A DNA stretch of 64,000 bases from the NCBI GenBank assembly GCA_049517415.1, contig JBEKSC010000002.1, positions 110,147-174,146 on the forward strand. The letters run 5' to 3'. The first letter of the stretch is position 1, and the number at the start of each line of letters is the position of its first letter. Shown here piece after piece: positions 9,516 to 19,012 of the stretch. Origin of the DNA: Candidatus Bathyarchaeia archaeon (lineage in GTDB: Archaea; Thermoproteota; Bathyarchaeia; 40CM-2-53-6). Below the pieces are notes generated by a model. It saw only the letters and a program-made list of their open reading frames with translations, had not been told where the DNA came from and searched no databases. The translations under genes and the position numbers were made by a program.

Positions 9516-10964
9516 ATGGAGGGTGGAAATGAACAACACCTTGCACTCCTTCTGAAGAAATTCAACCAGAAAATGTATCTCGATTATGTCGCCAAAACTG
9601 AACAGATTATCAAGAGTTGTGACGACTCATCACGGTTTACTGACCTTGAGGTAATAAAAACCCCTGATAAAGCAGGCGACCTCGCCTTCAGAGCTGATTT
9701 CGAATTCCCCATTCACATCATGCTATCCCATCCAATCTGCACGTTCAAGTCCCACAGGAATTATCCTGTCGGCAACAAAATGTACATAGCAAACCTCGGG
9801 CTCGTTCCGGTGTTTTTTTCCAGCGTGAACCTGATGAGCGTCCTGAAATTATGGGGCGAACGTGCGACAGGGTTCTTTAATCCCACAAATACGCCTCTTG
9901 CTGACTCCGATGCGATTTGCTGGGAGCTACCCCGCGCGTCCAAACCCGCGCAATTCTCCAGCATGAATTTCATTTTACAAAATGGAGCAGATCCGCAGGT
10001 TGTGGACCCAACCCTGACCACTATTTTCGAGAAGTACTTTCGACTATTGTACTGGACGTTTCCGCATCAAGGTTTCTCGCCGTCCACTCACTTTCTACAT
10101 GGAAATTCGAGGATCAGCTCACAGGTGAAAATATCAAAGAGTCTGTACATCGTCGAGGAGGTGAGAAACCCTTACAGATTTTCCCTCGAAGGAAAGATGA
10201 TTGAAGGAACATATGTCATGCTCAGAGGGCTTAACTTAGATGGTGATAAGTTCCTCTTTCAGTCGTTTCCGGCTGTGCTGGATTCCGAATTGGCGGAACA
10301 AGTGCTTGCTCGACGGAACCTCGAATCAAGTTTCATCAACGGAGTTGTGGCTGAGGTCTCACAGCAAACGGCGAATGAACAGCAGTTCACCAAACATTCT
10401 CTTCTCACAGTGGTATCTGATTACGGAGAATCGTATTACGACATTATTTCGGCGCTAACGGGAATGATTGCTGACTCCAAGTTTGCATGCTCAGATTCGC
10501 TCAGCGAAATCGGACCCTTAGAAGACATCTCTTTGCAGGTCACCGACGCATACCGGATTATCTATAGGATGCTCAAAGTTGAGAGGTCGTTGTCCGAGGA
10601 CATTAACAATGTGTTCGAGCTCGTAATCGACCAGATGTTTCCGGCACTCGTAGAAGACAATGGATTGTTGTTTTATGTTCACCCACTGGCATGGGGACTT
10701 CTAAAGAAGTGGAATTTGATCAGTTCTGAGAAAAACAAGCAGAAAGATGTTCTTCTGCATCTCATACGGCTCTTGCAGATATCGGAAACCAGCTCCTCCA
10801 TGAAGGTGTATTTGGACAAAAGCTCTGACTACTTTCAGAGACTCGCTGTAAGCAAACGGGAACTCACTAGATCAGTGTATCAGCTTGCAAATGCAATTCG
10901 TCTCCTAAAAGTGATGAGAAAGATCTGGACGACAAGCCCTCAGCCGAGCATACATCTACCTTAA
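9516..10964 (+). CDS. hypothetical protein (482 aa), co-transcribed with drmABC
   Basis: Long ORF starting 4 nt after the drmC stop; no recognised motif. Confidence 0.75.
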   Translation: MEGGNEQHLALLLKKFNQKMYLDYVAKTEQIIKSCDDSSRFTDLEVIKTPDKAGDLAFRADFEFPIHIMLSHPICTFKSHRNYPVGNKMYIANLGLVPVFFSSVNLMSVLKLWGERATGFFNPTNTPLADSDAICWELPRASKPAQFSSMNFILQNGADPQVVDPTLTTIFEKYFRLLYWTFPHQGFSPSTHFLHGNSRISSQVKISKSLYIVEEVRNPYRFSLEGKMIEGTYVMLRGLNLDGDKFLFQSFPAVLDSELAEQVLARRNLESSFINGVVAEVSQQTANEQQFTKHSLLTVVSDYGESYYDIISALTGMIADSKFACSDSLSEIGPLEDISLQVTDAYRIIYRMLKVERSLSEDINNVFELVIDQMFPALVEDNGLLFYVHPLAWGLLKKWNLISSEKNKQKDVLLHLIRLLQISETSSSMKVYLDKSSDYFQRLAVSKRELTRSVYQLANAIRLLKVMRKIWTTSPQPSIHLP

Positions 10965-11036
10965 TCGTGAAAGGCCCGTCTTGGCTCGTAACGTCCATTC
11001 CTCTTGGATTCTCACTTTTGGAAAGATCTTGTTTTG

Positions 11037-11411
11037 TCAAGCAGGGACATGCCGAATGTCAATACCTAACTCTTTTGCAACCTTCCCGTATTTGCTTGCG
11101 ATAAACCTGCGATATACCACTCGGTTAGTCAGCACGAGAATTCTCTTTCTTGCTTTAGTCCCTAGTAAGAGCAAGCAGTCTCTTGAAATGTCCCCGAGCG
11201 TAGCCGTACGTAGAGCCTTACTTGATAGTTTCTGCTTGTTTGGTTCCGAGGTCTTGATCTCGCCCACGATCCTTCCGTCTGCGGAAACAAAGTCGCATTC
11301 GTGTTCCTCGCCGCCTGCAAGTTTCATCTTTCTTTTCGTGAGGGGACCAAAATTTCTGCTAAGTCTCGACCTTACATCTGCTTCCTTCTTGAGCCTTTGT
11401 TGATAGTTCAA
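11037..11411 (-). CDS. small PD-(D/E)XK-like protein
   Basis: HECDFVSADGRIVGEIKTS motif. Confidence 0.55.
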   Translation of the reverse strand: MNYQQRLKKEADVRSRLSRNFGPLTKRKMKLAGGEEHECDFVSADGRIVGEIKTSEPNKQKLSSKALRTATLGDISRDCLLLLGTKARKRILVLTNRVVYRRFIASKYGKVAKELGIDIRHVPA

Positions 11412-11420
11412 TTTCTCACC

Positions 11421-12633
11421 TCACAGAGCCACAGTCAACGCCATGGCCTTTAGCTTCGATCTCACAAACTCCTTGAACTCTGGATCGACAGCAAGCCTAT
11501 CCATTACGTAATCGGTCTTCGACTCCTCATCATGCATTAGCATCGCTGTTCTCACGTCCAGTGGACAGCCACAACGAGAGCAGAAACCACTAGTAGGCGA
11601 ATTGACTTCCTGACAACGCGAACACGTCTTGATTCTCAACGTATGTTCTTCGCTGTTCACTTCATCTTCGGTCTTGATACCATTCAGCTTCAGCAATGCA
11701 TTGTCAATATTCCGGCCTGATAGATGCACGTAGGTTGAAGCCATTCTTGAGTCACCAACCCATCCTAGGTACTCCTTCATTTGAGCCTCAGTTAGGACGT
11801 TGGCGAGGTTTGAGGCTCTCGCATGTCTGAAGGAGTGAGGATTAACACGTTTGCCTATCTTAGCTCTTGAGGCTGTGACAGACAGCATCTTTCTGAACGC
11901 GTAGTATTCGAGTGGCTTTGTTGACCCAGCAGATTCGAAGCTGGTCCACAAAGGCGATTCGGGATCAAGTCTTGATGGATGATGGTTCAACCAATCCGAC
12001 AGTGCCTTCGCTGAGAAGATTATTCGCACCCTACGTGGACCCGTTTTCCCCTTCACAATCATGACCGCTCCGTGCGTGTCGAATTGTACGTCATCGACTT
12101 TCAGGGTGAGTATCTCTCCCACTCTGCATCCTGTCTCGTACAGAACGAGTATTAGCGCCCGGTCTCGCTGGTTCTGACAGATCTCAGCCAATTTCTTGAC
12201 TTCGTCCTCTGTTAGAAGATGTTCGGGCAGGACCTTGTGATTATTGTTCCGCCTTGCTCTTATCCATTTTACTTCAACCGGATAATCGTCTTCAGAGTTT
12301 CGTAGCCATTTGTAGAATCTTGATGCATTGCTTTTCAGACAGTTTCGTATCGTATGCTGTGTCTTGTTTCTCGAGGTCGGATATTACTCGGATCATGTCA
12401 GTTTTGGTTGTGCGTCTGAATTCTTTGCTTAGTAGGCTGGAGAGTTTCCTGAGCACGTAGGTGCACCTTACCTGTGTAGGTGTGCTTAGTCCTTCGGCTC
12501 GTATGTATTCTAGAAATTGTTTGATTTTCTTGCGGTTGCTCTCGAGAACTTTCTTGTCATTTTCGAGGTTTGACAGCGCCGCTGTTAGTCTTTGATCGTA
12601 GTGGTGAATATCGAAGGCTACCTGCTGGTTCAT
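11421..12633 (-). pseudogene. tyrosine recombinase/integrase with C-terminal Zn ribbon, frameshifted near 12318
   Basis: Catalytic ETGCRVGE, KGKTG, HSFRH, LGW, TYVH; C-terminal CxxC...CxxC. The N-terminal ORF 12633-12292 continues in another frame as RFYKWLRNSEDDYPVEVKW...LLTEDEVKKL. Confidence 0.88.
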
Positions 12634-12690
12634 GGCTGAAAATTCTTAGAAGGGCCGATATAAGTAAGGAAGCGAACTGAATCTTAAGTT

Positions 12691-12779
<89 letters not shown>

Positions 12780-13010
12780 AGTAAAGGGGGCTTTAGTCCT
12801 TGAGGATCCCGTGGGGGTCAACTTTTCCCATCCTGTTCCATATTTCCTCTGTGTCAATTTCTCGGTGCAGGATCATTTTCACTCAGCACTCGATGAATGC
12901 TCGTAATCTCACAATCCAATAGGGTCCCGCTACCCTCGAAACCTGAGGCGGGTAGGAGGGAGTTGAAGGATTCTTTCGGCGGTAAGGTCGAGAACGAAAA
13001 TTCCTGTAAT

Positions 13011-13553
13011 ATGCATAGCTTTTCGGTTCAGCTTCCAGCTAAAGTAGCGGACTGGGTGGAGAAGGCTGCGCTTGGGAAAGAGAAAACGCCCGAGCAGTTC
13101 CTGCGGGAACTGGTAATCACAAACGTAGAGGAAGAAGCTACGCCTCTAACGCTTCGGCTTCAACGGCTCGACGAACTCGTCAAGAAAATGCAGGTAACAG
13201 TAAAGAAGACGCCTATGCAGGAACAGAAGGACGCCAAAACGACGGTCCACTCTTTAGAGGAACGGGCGAAGAAACGGGACCACCTAATCGAATTAGGATT
13301 GGAAGCCTACGACGAACTGAGGAAGATCGCAGCATCGGAACAGGCTTCTAAGAAATCGGAGGCCCGCCTCCAAGCATTCGCAGTGATGGCTCGCATCGGC
13401 ACATTCAATGCTGCCGTAATCCGCGACGCCGAAAACGATGAACTAGGCCACATCTTAGCGGAACTGGAGGAGACAGACGAGCGTCTCAAAGAACAGCTGA
13501 ATAAACAAGAGAAAAAGGAAGCAGAGGAGAGAGAACGCTATCGACATAGCTAG
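13011..13553 (+). CDS. RHH/CopG-like N-terminus plus coiled-coil protein
   Basis: MHSFSVQLPAKVADWVEKAA...PEQFLRELV pattern; ATG at 13011 preferred over 12897. Confidence 0.5.
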   Translation: MHSFSVQLPAKVADWVEKAALGKEKTPEQFLRELVITNVEEEATPLTLRLQRLDELVKKMQVTVKKTPMQEQKDAKTTVHSLEERAKKRDHLIELGLEAYDELRKIAASEQASKKSEARLQAFAVMARIGTFNAAVIRDAENDELGHILAELEETDERLKEQLNKQEKKEAEERERYRHS

Positions 13554-13641
13554 CGCCGAATCCGCAAGAAACCAACCGAGGCGCCTCAAACTAAAGCGTT
13601 ATCGAAGCGTTCAGGTTAACTTCAGGGTCAGCAGCAAATGG

Positions 13642-13860
13642 TTGAACATAGTCAACCTATTAGCCAAGCTGGAAGGCCGCAGCAGCAGCGCCCTAATGCG
13701 TGAACTCCTCAACCTCGGCCTCGCCCAATACGTCAACATCCACTACCGCACACCCCAACTCATCAGGCAACAACAACTCCAGTCCATGATCAACAAACAA
13801 CCACCCGAAGCCGCATCCCGAGCCAAGGCAGCCCAGAAAAAAGTTTCTGGTAGGTTTTAG
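13642..13860 (+). CDS. RHH-like DNA-binding protein (true start probably upstream)
   Basis: In-frame upstream SVQVNFRVSSKW followed by LAKLEGRSSSALMRELL. Confidence 0.45.
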   Translation: MNIVNLLAKLEGRSSSALMRELLNLGLAQYVNIHYRTPQLIRQQQLQSMINKQPPEAASRAKAAQKKVSGRF

Positions 13861-13875
13861 TATCTCTCGTAGGCG

Positions 13876-14148
13876 TTATTCGTATCCTCTCCCTCTGTGG
13901 AAGAGGTCGGTTATGTACACTACGTTGCCTTCGACCGCGTATATCGCCCGGTAATCGCCAATTCTTAGACGAAAGAGGTCGTGTCTTCCTCTAGTTCCTC
14001 CCAACCTCATTATGTCCGCGCTCGATCTTGATTCGTATGGGTTTGCTTCTAGTGCACGTAGCCCATCTTTGATCCGTGCTTTCATTTTGGGTTCCATTCT
14101 CGATAGGGCTTTAGCAACTGTTCTGTGCAGCTTAACCTTGTATTGCAA
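13876..14148 (-). CDS. RelE/ParE family toxin
   Basis: FRLRIGDYRAIY...HRGRGYE. Confidence 0.88.
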   Translation of the reverse strand: MQYKVKLHRTVAKALSRMEPKMKARIKDGLRALEANPYESRSSADIMRLGGTRGRHDLFRLRIGDYRAIYAVEGNVVYITDLFHRGRGYE

Positions 14149-14337
14149 TCATAGCTCATCCAGAGAGACAAACGCCTTTTTGTCTTTGAGGCGTTCGTAT
14201 TGCCTTTCCATGAACTCTTCGTACACGGCCGACGACATCAACCGATTAAGGATCTGAGTGTACGTTTCGCCTTTCTTTCCCAGCGATCGCAAACGGTCCC
14301 TGGTCTCCTTTTCAACAGGAATAGTCGTAGTTGCCAT
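14149..14337 (-). CDS. antitoxin of the RelE pair
   Basis: MATTTIPVEKETRDRLRSLGKKGETY...VSLDEL; immediately upstream of the toxin. Confidence 0.8.
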   Translation of the reverse strand: MATTTIPVEKETRDRLRSLGKKGETYTQILNRLMSSAVYEEFMERQYERLKDKKAFVSLDEL

Positions 14338-14461
14338 TAGGATCCATCAGGGAGGCGTTGGGTTATGAGTAACTATTAAAACTATAAGCAGTTTATAGCC
14401 CAGAAAAACGTCTAGAATTGGTTATAGAGAATAGGGATATCATTCCCGAAACGTTTCTCTC

Positions 14462-14545
14462 ACTTAGGTTTCCTCGTTGAGCGTAGGGTATGGTTGACGA
14501 AGCCAGAGACCAGGCGTTAGTGTCTAGAACGAGTTTCGGTCTTCG
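14462..14545 (-). pseudogene. truncated PIN-family toxin remnant
   Basis: RPKLVLDTN, then a frameshift to LVSGF, then stop; overlaps the 3' end of the AbrB gene. Confidence 0.55.
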
Positions 14546-14780
14546 CTTCCTCGATGAGTTCGCCTACTTCTTTTCCCGAGAGGCCCATTTCTTTGACGGC
14601 CCGCCAGATCGGTCTCGCTACCTCTTCAAAGGTCACCGAGGCCAGTTTCTTCATGACTATGACGTCACCTATGGCGACCACAAGCAACTGCTCTCCCTCA
14701 CGTACCTTCACAGCCCGCCGAACAGGCTCCGGAATCACAACCTGGCCACGGCATGAAAGCCGCGTCGTGCCCGCAATCAT
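14517..14780 (-). CDS. AbrB/MazE/SpoVT family antitoxin
   Basis: TRLSCRGQVVIPEPVRRAVKVREGEQL. Confidence 0.85.
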   Translation of the reverse strand: MIAGTTRLSCRGQVVIPEPVRRAVKVREGEQLLVVAIGDVIVMKKLASVTFEEVARPIWRAVKEMGLSGKEVGELIEEAKTETRSRH

Positions 14781-15219
14781 AAGTCATAAGTAAGATTAAT
14801 CTTACTTTAATACTTCCCTCAAACCATCCCAGAAAAAGGATGTCTAGCATGTGTAATACACACCTAGCGGGTGAAAATATGGGACATCTACAAGCGGCTC
14901 TAAGCGTTTTCTCGCGTGTTCGCTTCATATTCTTACTCGGTTTGAATGAAAATGCTTGCAGAGGACATTAGAAGTTTCTTTAGAAAACTGCGACGTGATT
15001 CCTAGCGACTGATCTGCCGAAGAATTCTACTTGGTGGAACGAGGCTTCTGGCCCACATGCACAGGTAAGACCATCTCGCCTAGTTAGCCGCTTCTCTGTA
15101 GTCCTGCACATCAACGTTCGCTACTCGGACGAACGACAAACAGCCACAACCGAACAGAGCTCCCGAGAGGTTACATTGAAATGTTAATGTTTCATATGGA
15201 CGGTTAGGGTGTAGTTATC

Positions 15220-16053
15220 TTGCGAATTTCCCCTGGTTTCCCTACAAGGTTTGTTTTTGTTCTCTCGGCGTTAAGCGGGGTCCTGTTCTTTTTGCTGTTC
15301 TCCCCGGTGGTCAGCCTCATTGGGTCAAGTAGTGTGGCAGGAGTAGTTCTCGCCATGGGCAATAGCGAAGCGGTTTCAGCTATCGTGTTAACGGTTTACG
15401 CGTCTGGACTCACAGCTTTGGTAGCAGTGCTCTTGGGTGTTCCTCTCGGCTATCTGCTTGGGAAGTACCAATTTCCCGGAAGGTCGCTGATCGATTCAGT
15501 AATCGAGATTCCCCTCATGATTCCGCACACAGTTGCCGGAATCGCACTCATCACGATATTCGGTTCAGCGGAACTCGTCGGGTCATTCTTCAGTGGATAT
15601 GGAATCAAAATGACAAACAACATTCTCGGCATCGTTCTGACACTTGTCTTCGTCAGCGCCACCTACACCGTGAAGCAAGTTGAGGAGGCGATTAGATCCA
15701 TGGACCCTAAACTGGAACTTGTTTCCCGAAGCCTAGGCGCATCTTCAACCTTCACCTTTGTCAAGGTCACGTTGCCTAACATCTGGCGTTCAGTCGTTTC
15801 CGGCGCAATTTTGACATGGGCTAGGGCTTCGAGTGAGGTGGGCGCCCTATTCATTATGGCATATTACCCACCCGTTGCTTCAATCTTGATTTGGAACCTC
15901 TACGCGGGTTACGGTCTCCACGAATCCATCTCAAACGGCGTTGTGCTCAGCCCAGGAGCAATCAACGTGGCGGCACTGATGATTTTCATCAACTTAGCGA
16001 TCTTCGTCCTCTTCAAACTAATTCAAAGAAAGAGGGAGAAACGAAATGAGTGA
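15220..16053 (+). CDS. molybdate/tungstate ABC transporter permease (ModB/WtpB-like)
   Basis: IPLMIPHTVAGIAL, EAA-loop-like SRSLGAS, WARASSEVGA. Confidence 0.85.
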   Translation: MRISPGFPTRFVFVLSALSGVLFFLLFSPVVSLIGSSSVAGVVLAMGNSEAVSAIVLTVYASGLTALVAVLLGVPLGYLLGKYQFPGRSLIDSVIEIPLMIPHTVAGIALITIFGSAELVGSFFSGYGIKMTNNILGIVLTLVFVSATYTVKQVEEAIRSMDPKLELVSRSLGASSTFTFVKVTLPNIWRSVVSGAILTWARASSEVGALFIMAYYPPVASILIWNLYAGYGLHESISNGVVLSPGAINVAALMIFINLAIFVLFKLIQRKREKRNE

Positions 16054-17101
16054 CGGAGTTGCGGTCCAGAACCTGTCACATTCATGGGGCCATTTCGCAC
16101 TAACGAACATTAACCTCTCCGTCGCCCAAGGAAGCTACTTTGTCTTGCTCGGGCCTACAGGTTCCGGTAAGACCTTGCTCCTTGAGGCGATTGTAGGCGC
16201 CTACCGCCCTAGGGAAGGAAACATAATTGTGGACGGAGAAGACGTTTCCAGCCTCCCACCAGAGAAGCGCAAGATCAGTTACGCGCCGCAGAACTACCTC
16301 CTCTTTGATAATATGACCGTGCGAGGGAACGTTGAATTCGGCCTGCACGCCAAGGGGATCGCGGAAGAAGATCGCAAGAATCGCACAAAGCATCTACTAG
16401 ACTTACTCGGAATCTCGCATCTCGCGAACCGTTTCCCGAGAAACTTGAGTGGCGGCGAGAGGCAGAGGGTTTCGCTGGCTCGTGCGCTAGTTGTGGAACC
16501 TCGCGCGGTTTTGCTCGATGAACCACTTTCTGCAGTGGACGCTGCGACGAAGAGTTCGATCCTTGATTATCTACGCCGCGTTCACAAGGAAACCGGTGTC
16601 ACCGTCATCCACGTAACGCACGATCAGATAGAAGCTGCGACGGTTGCAGACAGAATTGGTGTGATAAAGGACGGGAAAATGGTTCAAGTCGGCGCGCCAA
16701 CAGATGTTATTGAGAGCCCTTCGACTGAGGTTGCATCAATGTTCAGGTCGGAGAATTTGTTCGCCGGCAATGTAACACGAAAGGAGGCTAGCCTTGCTTT
16801 GGTCGAGATAGGCGACGGGAAGATCATTGAGGCTGTGACAGACCGGACAGGGCCGGTTATGCTTCACATTAGGCCTGAGGAGGTTGTGGTTTCCAAACAT
16901 GCCGTCGACTCGAGCGCCCGCAATAGACTCTCGGGGACAGTGGCTGAGGTTACTGATCTAGGGCCGACTGTTAGACTGCGAATTTCGGGCGAGAAACGCA
17001 TCATGGCAATAATCACCCGACGGTCGTTCTTTGAAATGCAGCTCAATATCGGGTCCGAAGTCCATGCCATCTTCAAGGCGACGTCAGTAGAAGTTCTTTG
17101 A
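16046..17101 (+). CDS. molybdate/tungstate ABC ATPase with TOBE domains (ModC/WtpC-like)
   Basis: GPTGSGKT, LSGGERQR, LLDEP, SSARNRLSG...FKATSV. Confidence 0.9.
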   Translation: MSDGVAVQNLSHSWGHFALTNINLSVAQGSYFVLLGPTGSGKTLLLEAIVGAYRPREGNIIVDGEDVSSLPPEKRKISYAPQNYLLFDNMTVRGNVEFGLHAKGIAEEDRKNRTKHLLDLLGISHLANRFPRNLSGGERQRVSLARALVVEPRAVLLDEPLSAVDAATKSSILDYLRRVHKETGVTVIHVTHDQIEAATVADRIGVIKDGKMVQVGAPTDVIESPSTEVASMFRSENLFAGNVTRKEASLALVEIGDGKIIEAVTDRTGPVMLHIRPEEVVVSKHAVDSSARNRLSGTVAEVTDLGPTVRLRISGEKRIMAIITRRSFFEMQLNIGSEVHAIFKATSVEVL

Positions 17102-17248
17102 AAGAGAAAGGAACATACGAAACACTCCTAACTGACGCGATTACCTTTGACGAGTTAAATGCACTCACCCGGCCGAGAAAATTCGCGAAGTGAGTCCAAG
17201 AAACACCACATTAATAGCGCCTGCGAGCGGATACTTTGCTGATGGCTG

Positions 17249-17718
17249 TTGGCTGTCGATATTCGGGTTAAACGGGCTCCCGCATACAGAGTAGCCTCTA
17301 TGCTCCGAGTCGGGCCATACGACAGGAACATGCTCCGGGCTGAATTTAGCCAGCTTGTAAAATGGGCGAAGAAGAGAAAGCTTGGAACTGGGAAATGGAT
17401 GTTGTATTTCATCGATGAGCCTGGTGGGCGTAGGCCCGCGAACAAGCTTCGGTCAGAAGCCTGCCTCCAAATCAAGGGCAGGGCGGAGAGCGAGGGGAAG
17501 ATTAAGGTGAAGAAGCTTCCCGCACAAAAGGTCACCAGTGTCACGTTCAACCCTGACAAAGTCTCTCCCCGCTTAGTCTACTCGGGAATCTATGGATGGT
17601 TGAAGTGGGGGGGTTCAAGGACACGGTCACGGGCCGAGAAGTATACGTCGGAAACCCTTGGCGCAACCCTCGTGCTTGGGTGAACACGGAAATTCAGGTT
17701 CCCGTGAAAAGAAAATAG
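17249..17718 (+). pseudogene. GyrI-like small-molecule-binding protein, frameshifted in a G7 run (17607-17613)
   Basis: VYSGIYGWLKW continues in the shifted frame as FKDTVTGREVYVGNPW...NTEIQVPVKRK*, a typical GyrI-like C-terminus. Confidence 0.75.
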
Positions 17719-17797
17719 AGACAGCTTACTCAAATCCCAATCCGACGCTGCACCCAGCCGCCCAGTCTGGCCCATAGGGCGTGAGCTGAGTCAGTGA

Positions 17798-18364
17798 TTA
17801 CGGGCGCGTGTTTGATGCCTGCATTAGTGTCTCTAGCAGCTCGGTTACATCCGCTTGCTTCGCTCTTTTTCTGAGGTAGGAATAGTCGAGTCTGCCCTGT
17901 TGCATCGCCAGAACTGAGACGGCGTCCTGCTCATCTTGGACTCCTCGGTCTCTTCTGGCAAGTTTGTTTACAATGAAGTCTTCAGGGCCAATTGCGAACA
18001 TTTCGAAACGGTCAGCGAACGGGCGCACTTTCACACGCCGACGTAGAGTCTCCCTATCGAAAACAACGCCGTCAGGTTTCGTCCACATTTCGACTTCCAA
18101 CATTTCTTTAAGGTCCGTCACAAAGAAGAGCGCTGCGTCAGGGTGAGGCTCTGGTGCCAGCTGGTAACCCAATTTCTGTAGACGGCCTTGAAGTTCGATG
18201 CTCTTCTCGTAACTCGCTGCGATGGCCAAATCCACATCTTGGGTGGCTCGAATTTGACCATACGCTGCTAGGGCAAATCCTCCGATGAGCATATGCTGTA
18301 TGGACAGCTTATCGAGCGCGTTGGTTAACTTTCGCAGTGCTCGCGATGTTCCGGGCAAGTTCAT
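17798..18364 (-). CDS. nucleotidyltransferase-fold protein (DUF6036-like)
   Basis: LIGGFALAAYG.IRATQDVD, PEDFIVNKL...DEQD. Confidence 0.75.
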   Translation of the reverse strand: MNLPGTSRALRKLTNALDKLSIQHMLIGGFALAAYGQIRATQDVDLAIAASYEKSIELQGRLQKLGYQLAPEPHPDAALFFVTDLKEMLEVEMWTKPDGVVFDRETLRRRVKVRPFADRFEMFAIGPEDFIVNKLARRDRGVQDEQDAVSVLAMQQGRLDYSYLRKRAKQADVTELLETLMQASNTRP

Positions 18365-18725
18365 TTACCTCTTGGAATCTTTCATACGGCGATATACCGC
18401 TCTCAACTAGCCTTCTTGCAAGCCCCGCCTGATGCAGCGCCTTTTTGATATCATTCTCATTGCTCCGAAGAGACAAATCACGAAGGCGGTTGTATTGTCT
18501 CACGAACTGTTTGCCAATCGGCGTAGCACGGAGGATTTGTCTTGGTCGGCCCACACCTTGTTTTCTTGAGACTTCCGGCAACAGGAGGCTACGTGCTCTG
18601 AGCTCTTTGACCAGCGCCATAGTTCTATCGTGGCTCCCGCCCATCTTCTCCGCCAGCTCCGACACAGACAACTCCCCTTGGGAGCAATGAGAGAGAATGC
18701 TCGCAGCTAAGTCGATTCGCAGCAT
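18309..18725 (-). CDS. winged-helix protein, probable partner of the nucleotidyltransferase
   Basis: LSVSELAEKMG...GVGRPRQILRATPIGK; overlaps the NTase gene. Confidence 0.65.
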   Translation of the reverse strand: MLRIDLAASILSHCSQGELSVSELAEKMGGSHDRTMALVKELRARSLLLPEVSRKQGVGRPRQILRATPIGKQFVRQYNRLRDLSLRSNENDIKKALHQAGLARRLVESGISPYERFQEVNELARNIASTAKVNQRAR

Positions 18726-19012
18726 TCACCTCACCGCATTTATTCCTATTTTCAGGAGTAAATTAGGCTCGTGCCGACATATAAAGACAGAAGCAACGTA
18801 GTCTGCTCGTATACAGCCGACGCCCAACCCCTTAGAAATCTTGAGGACTTGCCTTCAACTGATGACCTGCTCACCATGGTCGAGAAATTTCGCGAACTGA
18901 GTTCAAGAAACACTAGTGGGCGTGAAGAGCCTCGCACGGGAAAATATCGTTACCGGGAAACATTGGGAAGGTTGTGAGAAAATTGTCGACTGTTCGATCG
19001 CTAAATGTTCTG

